Shown piece after piece: positions 26,212 to 40,682 of a stretch of DNA of 64,000 bases. The first letter of the stretch is position 1. Each line of letters begins with the position of its first letter. The notes under the pieces are model-generated. The model had not been told where the DNA came from, ran no database searches, and worked only from the letters and a program-made list of their open reading frames with translations. The translations under genes and the position numbers were made by a program. Where the stretch lies: the NCBI GenBank assembly GCA_964016885.1, contig OZ024746.1:68076001-68140000 (forward strand), in the 5' to 3' direction. This DNA comes from Eledone cirrhosa (lineage: Eukaryota).

Positions 26212-26645
26212 TCATATTCCAAGCAACCATTAAGCCCATATTACTTTATGGATCCGAAACTTGGACACTAACATCACAACTTGAGAGGAGATTGGATGGC
26301 ACATATACCCGCCTCTTAATGAGAGTGCAAAACCTATCCTGGAAACGACATCCCACCTTGTCTAAAATCTATGGCAAACTCCCTCGAGCCTCTGCCCTTC
26401 TAAAATCCCGGAGAGCTCAATTTGCTGGCCACTGTCACCGTGCCAGCAATGAAATCATATCCGCTCTCTTGCTCTGGAACCCTGACTCCAGCCTGACTAG
26501 GAGTAGGAAGCTGTCATTCCCTGACGTTATCTCTAGGGATACGGGAATCAGCAGACAGGACCTGGGGGCAGCGATGGGGGACAGGGGATTCTGGGACATG
26601 AGAGTGTGATCCATCATCTCAACAGTAGTCGACGAGTGGTGGTCA
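26212..26645 (+). mobile_element. RTE-clade LINE family 4, 3' fragment
   Basis: ILLYGSETWTLT..RRAQFAGHCHR..MGDRGFW; second copy at 40433-40682. Confidence 0.88.
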
Positions 26646-27068
26646 TCTTCTAGCCTGCTTGAGAGGGTCGGAGGGCAGAGTCCTCTGACATGCATTCCAG
26701 AGAATTCTGTCAGAAGCAACCATCTCAAAATGATCCAGCTCAGATACTACCCCTGGGTCTCCTGCCATTTTTCTTTGCTCATAAAATCTGTCCAGTGATT
26801 CTTTCCTTAGACATTCTAAACTACTTTTAATAAATATTTTAATTGAAAATTGTTACATTTTCTCTGTAAGAATTACTGTCTTCTTCAAACCTATACAAAC
26901 ATTTGGGAGTAATTATGTGCTGTTTAACCTCACAAATAGAGGCATACATATGTTCTGGATTCGGTAATAAATCAACTGAGCTATGAAGTTGTGTCAGATA
27001 TTGGCAGGAGCAGAATTTATAGGATTTATGTTGGCAATTAAGAATTGTCATCCCCCAGTCACAACATA

Positions 27069-28159
27069 TGTTATATTAACAGTTATGGCATATCAACTGT
27101 TCTGTTATAGTAACTGTTCTGTTATAGTAACAGTTCTGTTATAGTAACTGTTCTGTTATAGTAACAGTTCTGTCATATCAACAGTTCTGTTATAGTAAGA
27201 GTTCTGTTATATTAACAGTTCTGTTATAGTAACAGTTCTGTAATAGTAACAGTACTGTTATATTAACAGTTCTGTTATAGTAACAGTACTGTTATAGTAA
27301 GAGTTCTGTCATAGTAACAGTTCTGTTATAGTAACAGTTCTGTTATATTAACAGTTCTGTTATAGTAACAGTACTGTTATAGTAAGAGTTCTGTCATAGT
27401 AACAGTTCTGTTATATTAACAGTTCTGTCATAGTAACAATTCTGTTATAGTAACAGTTCTGTCATATTAACAGTTATGTTATAGTAAAGTTTTGTCATTA
27501 ACAGTTCTGTTATAGAAACAGTTCTGTTATAGTAACAGTACTGTTATAGTAAGAGTTATGTCATAGTAACAGTTCTGTTATAGTAACAGTTCTGTTATAG
27601 TAACAGTTCTGTTATATTAACAGTTCTGTCATAGTAACAGTTCTGTTATAGTAACAGTTCTGTTATATTAACAGTTCTGTCATAGTAACAGTTCTGTTAT
27701 AGTAACAGTTCTGTTATATTAACAGTTCTGTTATAGTAACAGTACTGTCATAGTAACAATTCTGTTATAGTAACAGTTCTGTCATATTAACAGTTATGTT
27801 ATAGTAACAGTTCCATTATAGTAACAGTTCTGTCATGTTCACAGTTTTGTCATACTAACAGTTCTGTCATACTTACACTTCTGTCATATTAACAGTTCTG
27901 TTATAGCAACAGTTCTGTTATAATAACAGTACTGTTATAATAACAGTTCTGTTATAGTAACAGTTCTGTTATAGTAACAGTTCTGTTATAGTAACAGTTC
28001 TGTCATATTAACAGTTCTGTTATAGTAACAGTTATGTTATAGTAAGAGTTCTGTCATAGTAACACTTCTGTCATATTAACAGTTCTGTCATATTGACAGT
28101 CCTGTTATAGTAACAGTTCTGTCATATTAACAGTTATGTTATAATAACAGTCTTGTCAT
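27069..28159. repeat. 17-bp minisatellite (GTTATAGTAACAGTTCT)n, ~60 copies
   Basis: Tandem units, each containing the inverted repeat CTGTTA-TAG-TAACAG, with recurrent variants (GTCATA, TATTAAC, AGTACT, GTAAGAG). Confidence 0.95.
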
Positions 28160-29084
28160 TTATACTCGTTTTGTTCAAAGTTTGTCTCAAAACGATCTAA
28201 GAATTTAAAGACTCAGAAAGCACGATGGAATATCATAGATTTCAAACACATTTGTGATTGGCTGACAAATATAAAATCAATAATACTCTTTTTTTTATAT
28301 ATTAATGTTTCATTGGCACCTTCAGAACATTCAGATGGATGGATAGAATTGGCTGGTTGATTGCATGTCTGTCTGCCAGCTTGTTTGTCTTTCGGTCTGT
28401 ATGTGTGTGTGTTCAGAAACTATGGGTATGAGAGAAAACAATAAATTATATATATATATATATCATCATCATCATCATCGTTTAATGTCCATCTTCCATG
28501 CTAGCATGGGTGGGATATATATTTATTTTTTATTTTCTACATCAAAATATAAGCCTCTACTAGTCTCAGAGGCACTCAAAGCACCATGCATGCTGCTCTT
28601 CCCTCACAGCAAAATACAATGAGGAAGTTTTGTTGTAAAACTCAAAGAGAACTCCATTATCCAAGGACAGGTAAGAAAGATTTGACCAATATTCTGTATT
28701 CAATGAATATCATAATTTAAAATCAATTTTCTATGCTTGCATAAGTTATGTGCTGAGACCTGACTAGACAAGTGACTAGGTTCTGTGCGTACATTTTATT
28801 TTGGCTTCATTTCTACAGCTGGATGCCCTTCCTAACACCAACCACTGTACAACACATACTGGAAGTATGGTTTCTATGGCTGATACCCTTCGTAGATCAA
28901 TAACTGAATAAATCAGAGCATATTAGATGTGAAAAGAAACTTGGGAGTTGAATATATAACCTTTATCATTATAGTTAAAGAGAAATTCCTTCTGGGGTTG
29001 ATAAAAAAAAGCACCAGTGCATTACTGGAGTTCATTCAACTGTCTTTTCATTCCTCTAAAATTACTAGCCTTGCATCTAAAAGA

Positions 29085-29402
29085 TGGTGCAAACACACAC
29101 CAGGAAAGATGACAGAGAATGACAAAGCAACCATACTCTGGGATATGCACAGGCAGGGAGATCAAAGCCAACCAACTGGATATTATAGACCACAAAGAAA
29201 AAAAATGTCTTCTAACTGATGTATAAATCCCCACAGATAACAATATATCTACCAAAGAAATTGAGAAATTATCCAAATATAAAGATCTAGAAATAACCCA
29301 CATGTGGATGATGAAAACAGAAACATTACCTATAATAATAGGTGTTCTTGGAATGATAAAAAAACTGACAGATAAATAGCCAAACCCCCAGGACTCACAA
29401 AT
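29085..29402 (+). mobile_element. R4/Dong-like non-LTR retrotransposon, restriction-like endonuclease fragment
   Basis: Frameshifted ENDKATILWDM..DII..KEIEKLSKYKDLEI..PIIIGVLG, the PD..D/K..KY REL pattern. Confidence 0.75.
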
Positions 29403-32139
29403 ATATATAGGAGAGAATGCAATGAGAGACCTTTTTCAATTTGTTGACTACTCTCTAACTGAAATATCCAAACCATTTAACATCTAAGTGTCTGAGATTT
29501 AGAGGCATGAACTTTAATAATAATACTGATAGTTATAGCTCTGTAAATTCAATATTTTTGATATCATATTTGCAATTAATATAGTGCAACAGCTATAATG
29601 CCTTGAAGAAACATGATTGTCTTTTGAAAGCTTTGACAGAGAAGGCAGCATGAAATATACTCTGACATTGCTGTTGGACATATTTCATTTTATCATAACG
29701 AGCCAAATTAAACTCATGTTTAATATAACTGTCATGAAATATATTATCAAGTCCAACCATTTGAGACTTACTTTGTCATAGTTTACAAAATATAATGAGT
29801 GTATGTGTGCACAGGGAGGAGGAGGGTGAACTGCTCATTTTAATTATAATTTAATGAAGAATTATGTGAAGCTATTACTTCCATAAGACATTTTCAAATA
29901 TCTGAATCATTAATAACTAAATAATGATTGAAAAGTTCAGCCCACAGCCATAAATATTGGAGGAGAATGTTGTCAATCAAATGCACCAAGTATTTTACTA
30001 GCACTTAGTTTATTGACTCTATTCCAGTTTCCTAGAAGGATGAAAGGCAAAGGTAACCTCAGCAGGATTTGAAGTGAGTAACTAAGAAACAGATATTAAT
30101 AAATATCTCAGTGTACTACTGGTTCTGCCATCCACTGACTACTTTTACATAATTAAATGGTTACAACAATCCACTACACATATAGACAAGAGATTCATTC
30201 ACAGTTATCAGCCACCAAATTTCTCTTACACAGCATTGGTCAATCTAAATATACAGTATAAGACACTTGATATATATGTCATACAGTCAGATCAAACCTA
30301 GAACCATAGAGTTCTGAAATGAACTTCTTAGCCCCACAGATATACCTGTCCATATTCACAATATTCATTTCTTCCACAATAGTTTCAAATAATCTAAATA
30401 TTTTAAATGAAAATTACCCTAGCAATTTTCTGCATTTATTTTGAATCAAAGGTTTTAATAAGAGCTATTACACAGTAAGAAATATTTGTTTTGCCATAAT
30501 ACTACACATTTTTAAGTTGCTATGAAGGAGTCAAATCTAAAAGTACAAGAACTAAATGGATAAAATACATAATAAAGAAAATAAGGAGAGAAAAATAAAA
30601 TTTACACTTTCACAAAATGATGTGAATTTAAGTTAATAGGGATTAAACCATATAACTGATCATAATTAAATCTTACAAATAGAATTGGCAGCCATCATAC
30701 TTTAGGAAATAATTAGTTTGAAGCTCAATTGACAGATAATTACATAGCATTTTGAAAGAAATTTGTGAAAGTATAAGTAAGGGAAAATTTGTGAACAAAA
30801 TGGCTGTGAGGATTAGTTATTTACAGATAGTGAGATCAAATTCTCTACAAGCATTGTGTTTTGGTTCTAGACAGAAATCTTAATTCTACACGTTTGAAAA
30901 TACCACAATGTCTTCATTATCAAAATGGTGAAAAGTGCTAAGATATTTTTCTGCATTAGATCCAATAAATTAGCACAAAATCTCTTTTCTATATATTTCA
31001 TCTATTATCTGTTTATGATCTCCTTAAAAATAGGAATAACAAAAACAAAAAAAAAACAAAAGCAGAGAATCTGGTGGTCATTACATGTTGTAGCCCAGCC
31101 CAGTACAGTACAGATTGATCAGACACACAAAGGCATTGTAGTTATGACTATCCTGTCTTTTTCCCTGGCATAATGTACTCCAAATTACATTATGGAATGT
31201 ATACTCTATTTAAGACAGTACACTAGGGTTTGAAGGAGATTTGTATGTTAATCACTCACATATAGGCTCCCACAGTGGTTTGAGTTAGTACGTGTGATAT
31301 CAAATGATGTGGTCAAAATATATACTTTATATTAACAGCTGAACATAATCAGCTAATGACCTTCTGGGCCAAGGAAAGAAATAGCTTGCATGACACAATC
31401 TATTGAAGTATTTCCCAACCTGCATTCTGCAAGATAGGGTGTCTTTTAAATAAAATTTTATTAAAAATGTATGAAATGTTTTTTTTATATGAATAAGTTC
31501 TCCACCTAAAACAGTTTTTGTTTCATTTAATGTCTTAGTAAATATATGGGAGTTGTCTATACAATATAAGTACGTGATCGGTAAGTTTTAGAAAAATTAT
31601 ATAAAGGTTCTGCAATAAATTAATTTGAGAACCATTGGTCAATTGTATTTTAATAGGGAAATATTAAAATGTTAGACTTAAAATCTAAAACTTTAATGTG
31701 GCTGAGTGATATTTTAGATTAAACTAATCCTGTTCAGTACTTGATAAACTCTCTGGTGTTGGTGCCAGGAAACAATGCATCCAGTACATTCTGTAAAGTG
31801 GTTGGTGATTAAACAGAGACTCTTCAGTCAAGCTGAGCATATGACACCTTCTCTAGTGCTGGAAAAATTCACCTAGTAGACCTTGTCAAGTTTTATTAAT
31901 TTGGTGCCACAATAAAGTGATAGAGCACGGGTCACAATGAAATGTACTCAGTACACTTTTTAAGATGGTTGGCATTAGGAAGAGTATTCAACAATAGAAA
32001 CCATGCCCAATATAGAATATACTAGACCACCCGTGACCCATTGGGTCATGTTCACTTAAAAGTAAATTTTAAATAACGAAAATGTATGCAGACATTTATG
32101 TAATGTGAAATGAAATTGGAAGGCCCATATACATACGTG

Positions 32140-32171
<32 letters not shown>

Positions 32172-33002
32172 TGTGGGTGTCTGTGATCTATATGCACTGG
32201 TCATAGACACACACACACATATATATATATATACACAACACGACCAGCTCTCTTCCATTCTCCTTCTTTGTCTCTTCTCCCTCTTTCTATGTCTCTCTTT
32301 CAATCTACTCTGTCGCAAACACTATCTCTTCCTCTCTATCTTTCTCTCGCTTTGTTTATGAAGGTACCCAGAAAAACCCCATATCTCAGGAACCCATGGT
32401 CCGATTTATGTGAAACTTGTTTTATTCCATTTGTATTCCCATTTCAGGAACAACTTCCTTTCAAAGTATTTTCCTATCATGCGCCCTTTTGGCTGTATTA
32501 CATTACAGGCAAGCAAGCAAGCAAGCAATCACAGACTTTTAGTAATATACAGATAAGCAAGATAATGTCATTCTGCCGAGTCTGGCCATAGACTATTATG
32601 ACAACCCATTCAGCCCACGTTAGTGTCAAAAGCACGTGTAAGAAGAAGGGGGGGGGGTATGGTTAAAATAAACCACTTGTAAAGACTTCAGTAACAACCA
32701 CTTAACATTTCAATAGCAGTGTAGGTTTAGCTGAATTAGAAGTTATCTATAGCCAAAGAAACCATGCCAAAACTTGGAAATAAATAAACAAGATATGGTT
32801 CACTGGTCTGTTTTGGAAGACAGTAGCTCTGATTAAGTGTTGAGTTGATGTGTGATGGCCTTTTGTTCAACCTATACCAGCATAAAAATGTGGACATAGA
32901 ATGATGATGATATATAGATATATATATCTCCCACTCTTCCGTTCTTCTTCTCCTTCCCTCACCAGTCTTCCCCCTTTTATTCTGCCTTTGCCAAGAATAT
33001 TC

Positions 33003-33064
33003 AGTCTTGTCTGATGATACTGAAAGCGCACATGTGAAACTCAAAAATAACGACTAACAAGACT
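33003..33064 (+). ncRNA. type I hammerhead ribozyme, decayed
   Basis: AGTCTTGT CTGATGA ... GAAA CTC..GAC TA ACAAGACT. Stem I is a perfect 8 bp; stem III has one mismatch and stem II is weak. Confidence 0.6.
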
Positions 33065-33084
33065 CATCACTCAGCCATAATAAT

Positions 33085-33248
33085 AATTGTTTCTACTTTT
33101 GGCACAAGGCCAGCAATTATACCAGTGCATTACTGGTACTTTATTTTATCGACCTCAACAGGATGAAAGGCAAAGGTGACCAAAGAGCAGGGAGCAGGAA
33201 CGAATACCAGAAAGCTTTCTATCCAACGTTCTAACAACTCTGCCAATT
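33085..33248 (-). mobile_element. SINE group A (partly chimeric)
   Basis: GGCACAAGGCCAGCAATT..TACTGGTACTTTATTTTATCGAC..GGATGAAAGGCAAAG. Confidence 0.75.
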
Positions 33249-33271
33249 ATATATATATATATATATATATA

Positions 33272-33580
33272 TCATCATCATCATTTAATGTCCATTTTTC
33301 CATGTGAGCATGGGTTAGACGGGTTGTCCCATTAGAGGCAAGTTGGGTCGGGTGACCATGGGTTGCTCATATAGAACTGTTTCCAGCTAGGTTTCTACAG
33401 CTGGATGCCCTTCCTATCACCAACCACATTTACAGTATGTGCTGGGTGCTTTTTGTTGTGATTCCTACACAATGACCTTACAGTGTGGGCTGGGTGTGTT
33501 TTGTCATGACACCTACATGACCACTTTACAGTGTAGGCTGGATGATTTTTGTTGTGATACCAACTTAACTTTATAGTGTA
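33272..33580 (-). mobile_element. RTE-tail SINE/3'UTR fragment with internal tandem units
   Basis: (CAT)n, terminal hairpin, CTACAGCTGGATGCCCTTCC and 3-4 TTACAGTGTGGGCTGGGTG-type units. Confidence 0.75.
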
Positions 33581-33709
33581 AGGGGTGTGTGGACAGAAGT
33601 GGGTCGGTAGTGGTATAGTGGTTAAGAGGTGCCTACTAGATGTATGTTTGAGTCAGTGTGCATGGGAAGGTGTGTCTTCTGTATTACTGCATAACTGCAT
33701 CGTATATCA

Positions 33710-33766
<57 letters not shown>

Positions 33767-33769
<3 letters not shown>

Positions 33770-34099
33770 TCATCATCATCATCATCACCGTTTTACGTCC
33801 GTTCTTCCACGCTAGCATGGGTTAGACGGGTTGTCCTGTTGTGGGCAGTGTCTGGTCGGCTGACCATGCCTTGCTCATACAGGAACTGATTTGGCTTGAT
33901 TTCTACAGCTGGATGCCCTTCCTAACACCAACCTCATTTACAGTGAGTGCTGGGTGCTTTTTCGTGGCGCCTACACGTCCACTTTACAGTGTGGGCTGGG
34001 TGCTTTTTTGCCGTGGCACCTCCACGACCACCTTGCGGTGGGGGGGGGGGATGCATATTGTCTATATGCTTCAGCTTGTACCCATGGGAGGTCGGGTAC

Positions 34100-34104
<5 letters not shown>
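33767..34104 (-). mobile_element. RTE family 3, 3'UTR copy
   Basis: Reverse complement of ~44715-45051; flanked by (TA)n on both sides. Confidence 0.9.
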
Positions 34105-34142
<38 letters not shown>

Positions 34143-34967
34143 GAATTTACACGGGTTTTCAATCTATCAAATTCACTAATAAAGCATTAGCCAACATGGT
34201 TTATGAAGCAAACTCCTTAACTAGACAGTCATGTCATATGTATGAGTGTGTAGGGGGGGAGTGTGTAAGGGGGAGTGTGAGTTTGTGTATGTTTATATAT
34301 ATGTGTGTTTGTGTGTGTGTAATTGAGTGTTTATTTCTGTTAGTGTGTGAGTGAGTGTATTTGTGTAATTATGTTTGTATGTGTGTGTATGTAAGTGTGA
34401 ATGTGTGTACATGTATGTGTCTGTGTGTGTGTGTGACTGCATGAATATAATATAAACCAATATTTGTATGTTATGACATCTATACAGTAACACTATAGTC
34501 ACAGAGGTTTGGTGATTAATTACTTTAAGACAGCATTAGTCAGTATTCTAAATATGAACTAAAGAAGGCTATAAAATGTTTTGTTTTTGACACTAAACGG
34601 ATTATATTCCCAAACTATGCTAATAATATCACTTTATGTCTAAAAAAAAAAGTCAGGTAACATTAATCTAAAATAGAATTTAAACTGATTTAAAAAAATA
34701 AGCAAACTGAATATATTTTTATTCCAATTTATCTTTGATTTATTAACTCCATTTTAGACATGTGCCAATAACAAGCCCTTAAGTTCAGATTAGTTTGAAG
34801 ACATGAAAACACCATCAGTTTATAAAATTTGAATTTTAATGCGTTTATGGCAACTATCAATTTCATTTCCAGAACACATTTTAATCCCATCACTAGATTT
34901 GTATTACCATTTTTTATGTTCACTTTTCTATATAGTCTTAAATATCATATTCTTCTGTGTATACTAG

Positions 34968-35135
34968 CAGTGCCAGATTTAGGACAAATGAGGCTCTATG
35001 TGAATTAAGTTATGAGGCCCCTAACTTGGGCCCTGAATTCATCATAAAAATTCTTGTTCGCAAGATGATGGGTCTCCCTTGGCCAATGGGCCCTGTGCTT
35101 AAGGACATCTAAGAACAATGGCAAATCTGGCACTG
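34968..35135. mobile_element. hAT-type MITE
   Basis: 13-bp TIR CAGTGCCAGATTT / AAATCTGGCACTG; imperfect 8-bp flanks TATACTAG / TGTACTGT. Confidence 0.7.
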
Positions 35136-35999
35136 TGTACTGTGCTGTTTTTTGTTCACTTCTTTGTTATGGGGGTACATGGAAAACACTATAACTAAAT
35201 GTTATACACCAAAACTAGGCTTTTCCAGACATTTTTCTGGTCAAAAAGTGGTGTGCATTATACATGAATGTGTGCAATACATGGAAGAATACTGTAAATC
35301 TATAAAACTTCAGCTCAGTCTGAGATATTTCCAGAATATTTTTTTTTTCTTTTAGTACATTTCAGATACTAAACATCATAGTATGTCTTTATAGCAAGGG
35401 TGAATACAAATTTTCTACATATGATATTTCACCTGCCTTCAAATTTATAACTGATGAATGACAGTGTGTCCAAAAATCCAAATAAAAAAATATACAAAAC
35501 AAACAAACCCTAAACAGCTTCAGTGATGAGACAAAAACATTAATTTAACAAACAGTATAATAATCTAATCATACAGCTGGAATGGTAATAGAATAAACAC
35601 ATTTGATCATAGGTTTGCTCAACCAGGGAAAACCTGAGGCTCAAAAAACAACTGATATTGACATTTTCCCAATTTAAATCAAATACATATCTTTACACAT
35701 TGAGTTGAAGGTAAAAATTACTTGACCACACTTGTAAAAATTCCCACTTTACAAACACCTAAACGTAACCATATATGGATGTATGTATATGTTTTATCAC
35801 TTAGTGAGGAAGGAAGTGTTATGTCAATTACTATTTTCAGACTCTTCTAAGATTAGAGGAAAGGTGTGGGAAGGTATCCTCAAACAGGAGATCTGACCTG
35901 AATGCTTGCATCTCTATGGATTTCACTAACAACATATCAAAAAAACAGAGAAAAACTGAGTATAAAAGAAATTGAATGTAGCTTTTATTAAAAAAACAA

Positions 36000-36672
36000 T
36001 TACGCTGATATGGTCATGTGATGTGTAAGAGGAGCAAGAGTTGTATTATAAAAAAAGTGTTAAGTGCTTCAGGTTGATGGAACTTGTGAAATAGAGACCA
36101 AGGAAGATATGGGTAAAGTTGTGAAGAATGACCCCAAGAAACTGAACCTCATGAAGGAGATGATACAGGACTGAACTGACTGGCAATATGTCATAATACA
36201 AAACATTTGTCCTCTAGTATAAGCACTGTGACACTAAAAGTAAATGTGATGAGAGAATGGAGCTTACAGTGTTGACAATTGAACGGAGAAAATGTAGGGT
36301 TAGAGAGTACCTTTCTGTCAGAATGAATATGTTGGTGCCATGATAAAATGCATCCAATACACTCTGTAAAATGTTAATGCCATGATGAGATGCACCCAGT
36401 CCACACTGTAAAGCGATAGTACTAGTAGCAGGAAAATCACAGCCAGTACACTCTGTAGGGGGGATGGCATTAGGAAATGCATTCAGCTGTATAAACTATG
36501 CTAAATATGGAATGCAACAAACAATATGGGTTGTTCCAACCTCTTTGGTCTTGGAAGGTACCACATTCTAACGCTTGCCCCCTGGCTATAGAATTCTGCC
36601 TCAAAATATCTCATCCAATCCATGCTGGCAAGGAAAAATTGGACAAAAAAACTAACAATGATCATGATGATA
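36000..36672 (+). mobile_element. decayed RTE 3' end with SINE-like 3'UTR module
   Basis: Remnants YGHVM..RPRKIW, followed by CACCCAGTCCACACTGTAAAG units and a degenerate terminal hairpin. Confidence 0.55.
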
Positions 36673-36826
36673 CTAATGGTGGTGGTGGTGACAATGGGGT
36701 GGTGGTGGAGATGATGATCATCATGGTGATGGTGGTAGTGGTGGTGGTGGTGGTGGTGATGGCAGTGGTGGTTGTGATGAAGATGATCATGGTGATGGTG
36801 GTGGTAATAATGATAGTGATGGTGCT
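36660..36826. repeat. (GGT)/(GAT) trinucleotide tract
   Basis: Direct reading. Confidence 0.85.
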
Positions 36827-37110
36827 ATAGCGAGAATTTCCACAAAAGTTGAAGTCGATTGTTGGTGAAAACTTCAGTAAAAGAGTGTGAATGTGAAGCA
36901 TTCAAACAAATCTTGGTGTAAATTATATGAAAATATTCCTCAACTATATCTCAATAATTCCTATAACTGCCGCCAGCAGGCTATAAATGCCAATATTATA
37001 AAACCTGTTGAAGCTAGTATTGGGAAATTTATTTCTGTAAGGTTCCATTTAACATTTCACTGTGGTGTTAAAATCTGATATATCTACAGTTACTGTATAG
37101 ATAATTAAAC

Positions 37111-37117
37111 ACTACTT

Positions 37118-37151
<34 letters not shown>

Positions 37152-37363
37152 AGCTACTACTACTACAGCTACTAAAGCTACATCTACTGCTGCTGCTACT
37201 ACTACTACTACTATTACTACGCCGACTGCTATTACGACTACTACAGCTACTACTACTACTACGACTACTACTACAGTTATTACTACTACAGCTACTACTA
37301 CCACTACTGCTACTACTGCTACTACTACTACTACAGCTACTACTACTACTACAGCTGCTGCTG

Positions 37364-37394
<31 letters not shown>

Positions 37395-37510
37395 AGCTAT
37401 ATCTGCTGCTGCTTTGACTGTTGTGGATACTGCTGCTGCTGCTATTACTACTGTTACTTTTACTACCAGCATCAGCACCAGCCAACCACCACCATCATCA
37501 TCAACATCAC
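37111..37510. repeat. (CTA)/(CTG)/(CAG) compound trinucleotide tract
   Basis: Direct reading; source of the poly-V and poly-S ORFs. Confidence 0.9.
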
Positions 37511-39069
37511 CAAATCTTCCACAACCTACGCTAAAATTATTATCATTTTTACATCACTTTTCCGTGCTACCATAGTTTGGACAAGAATAGCAAAATAGAA
37601 ATTTTGTGGTTCATTATTCTATGTTGTCAACCATAGACAGACAAATTTCAAGCTTCAAGTAAAAAAAATCTTTATGCTCTAGAATTTTCTTCTATGTGAA
37701 AACTATTAGCATATATATCCTAAAACATGGGACCATTTCAAAGAAAGAGAATTAAATAGTAATGCCTAATATGACGAATATATAATGTTAAAAGCACTGT
37801 TAATCTAACTGAAGTTAGATTTGTGATAATATTTCTATATATGATGAGGAATATATCATGTCAGCATGTTTTCAATTTAAACAGTCAGGTCTCATGAGGC
37901 AACATTCATTATAATAACTCTTTCAGTTTTCTTTCATAACTTTTTCTTTCATACTGTAAGCGTTCTCCATTGGTTTATTATGTAATCAATTGAATGGAAT
38001 CACTTTCAACTCTATAAAAACGATGTTATTAAACAGTTATGAGTTGATGAATACAGCAAAAATCTCATATATATTCCATCAACTAGTGAAAATTCATAGT
38101 AAATCAGTCTAGAAATTTACTTGATGTTACTTTCGTTCATTTTAAACACTTTTTACTGTATCTAACATCCATTACAAATATTATCTTTCCTACAGCCATA
38201 GATAATATTGTAAAACTGTTCAGTTGACTCCACAGAGGATCTGAATGTCCTAAGTAAGTGATTGGTTACTTTAGTAAGATATTTTGGTCATGAAATAATG
38301 CATGATGGAATGGAAGAGAGAGTCCTGAAGTGTACATTCCTGGGTAGAATGAGACTAAGATGCAGATGGAAAAAGATGATGATAGAGGTTTTTGATTTAA
38401 TGGAAAAAGCCTGAAAAGATTACACAACATAGAAAATAATTTTGTACTACTGTGAAATAAGTTACATTCTAAAGAGTTATGCTACTTAACTATTAAGTTC
38501 CCAATAATTCAAATATATATTTTCAGCCAATATCTCTATTTGAGTGTACTTATAGATCTTTAGAATATTATTGGATTTTAAAGTTACCTTGCAACATATT
38601 ACATTTAAGTATTAATATTTGTGTAAAACTTACAGATAATAATAATTTCATGAATAGAATACAATGTTTGAATATTAAAAGTGAACCTGCCACAGACAAC
38701 TTCTCTGCTCTCACGCTGTTAATTGTTGAAGAAATGTTAATGAAACATTTAGAAACATGATATACTATTTGCTTTAATGGTGTCCAGAATGACAGCTATA
38801 CTTAATGTTTGTTTATATCATTGTTGATAATCAAAAATCAGCCAATATTAGGTGTTCCGGCCATGACCAACTTATTGCTTTTGTAAAACATGGTGCATCA
38901 AGAACTATAGTATGCATCATATCTTTAATTCTTTTTAAAATGATAAGGTGTGATTTAAGAGATATTTTGTTGCTATTTCTAACAAGTCTAATGATTACAT
39001 AAAGTCTCTTTTGTTGGTTTGTGCTGCAAAAGTCGTATATGTATGTGTTGAGTTCAGTTTTTATCTTAA

Positions 39070-39368
39070 AATAATAATAATGAAATTATTGTGTTCAGTG
39101 CTCAGGTGCACTACAACTCGTCAAAGGTGCATGTATAGTACATAGAATAATATACAAATGTCAGGGAAGTGAATAGTGTATGAGTCATGATATACATGTG
39201 TGTATGTGTATGGAGGGGGGAATATTAGGTGTAGTATTGGCGAATCTCAGGAAGCATGGAGGTTTTAAAGGATGCAGTGTCTCGACAGCTAATAACTGAT
39301 GCAGGTAGTATGTTCCATGCTTCAACAATTCTGAGCATGAAATGTTTCCAAAAGTCATGGGAGCTATG
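39070..39368 (-). mobile_element. CR1-group LINE 3' end
   Basis: Minus strand F.LRIVEAWNILPASVI..SFK (CR1 C-terminal WN.LP motif). The 3'UTR GTTGTAGTGCACCTGAGCA is shared with 61735-61830. Confidence 0.75.
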
Positions 39369-40432
39369 ACTGTAGGATTGCATCAACACACATGTTTATG
39401 TTGTAAGAAGTAAAGCAATAGACCTTGCTTGAGGTACTAGTTACAACAATTGTGATAGAGATTGAACTTATGAATATTCTACAAATCATTTAACACACAT
39501 ATTATTCACCCACTAAAACAAATAATTACTTCTGAAAATCTGATAAGAGTCTATCTGAAACATTTAATGAAAAGTAAATCTATTTTGAAAGAACAAAAAT
39601 CTACGTGTAACAATGAAACAGTAGACAATATCTAAGTTAGAAACTTATGACAGATGATATTGAAAATAATGATGTTGAGGACAGTAAAGATAATGCTGAT
39701 TATGATGGTGATGATTGTGATTATGATGCTGATAATGATTTCCTCTTCTCTTTCAAACAAGTAGGTATCCAATCAGCTAAGATAAAAGATTCAATCATCA
39801 GAATGTAGAAAAGCAATTATTGATGAAAATATATTTCCAAATTAGATCTTACTCACCATCCTCAAAATTAACATTCTAATCAACATCAACATCATCAATA
39901 ACACCAGTATAATCATCATTATCAACAACATCATCAATAATAATGATAACAACTGATGTTGTTTTACTTAATATTCAATCTCTTTGAAAATGTTTCCAGG
40001 GGCAGTTTTAGACTGTTCATAAGAAGTTAAGTAATTGCCTGTTTGACAGAGATGAAAATAATTCCAAAGACCTCCTATGATTCCTTGACATCTTCTCTGC
40101 TCAGAGAAAGGTTTTTATTCATGTTAAGATAGTTTACTACCTTAAATTCTATAAATTGGTAATTGAAATAGAAAGGAAGGTAAATATGGCTGAAGAAATG
40201 ATAGACTTGTGTAGCACTTTAAAACATAAAATGACATAAAAGAGAAGAGTTTCATATTGATATTTTATCCATAATGGATATTTATTTGATCAAATAAAAT
40301 AATAATGAAGTTGTTTGATATAAATTCTAATATAAATGATATTAAATTTTGTTTGAATCCATGATATGTCGGAATAAATCAGTGTGTAACAATTCATATA
40401 ATGTTCACACACACACATACACACACATATAT

Positions 40433-40682
40433 ATCATCATCATCATCATTCGTCGACTACTGTCGAGATGATGGATCTCACTCTCATGCCCCAGAATTCC
40501 CTGTCCCCCATCTCCGCCCCCAGGTCCTGTCTACTGATTCCCGTATCCCTAGAGATAACGTCAGGGAATGTCAGCTTCCTACTCCTAGTCAGGCTGGAGT
40601 CAGGGTTCCAGAGCAAGAGAGCGGATATGATTTCATTGCTGGCACGGTGACAGTGGCCAGCAAATTGAGCTCTCCGGGATTT
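40433..40682 (-). mobile_element. RTE family 4, 3' fragment
   Basis: KSRRAQFAGHCHR..EFWGMRV; ends in GTCGACGAA(TGA)n. Confidence 0.88.

Noticed and set aside
27069-28159. CRISPR-like appearance of a palindromic repeat array
   Set aside because: Units are contiguous with no unique spacers, the context is eukaryotic and there are no cas genes.
29599-29638. Weak hammerhead-like strings (also 18085-18128, 18585-18640, 35451-35490, 53845-53870)
   Set aside because: Two or more core or stem defects each; compatible with chance in AT-rich DNA.
37068-37485. Poly-Val / poly-Ser ORFs
   Set aside because: Trinucleotide microsatellite.
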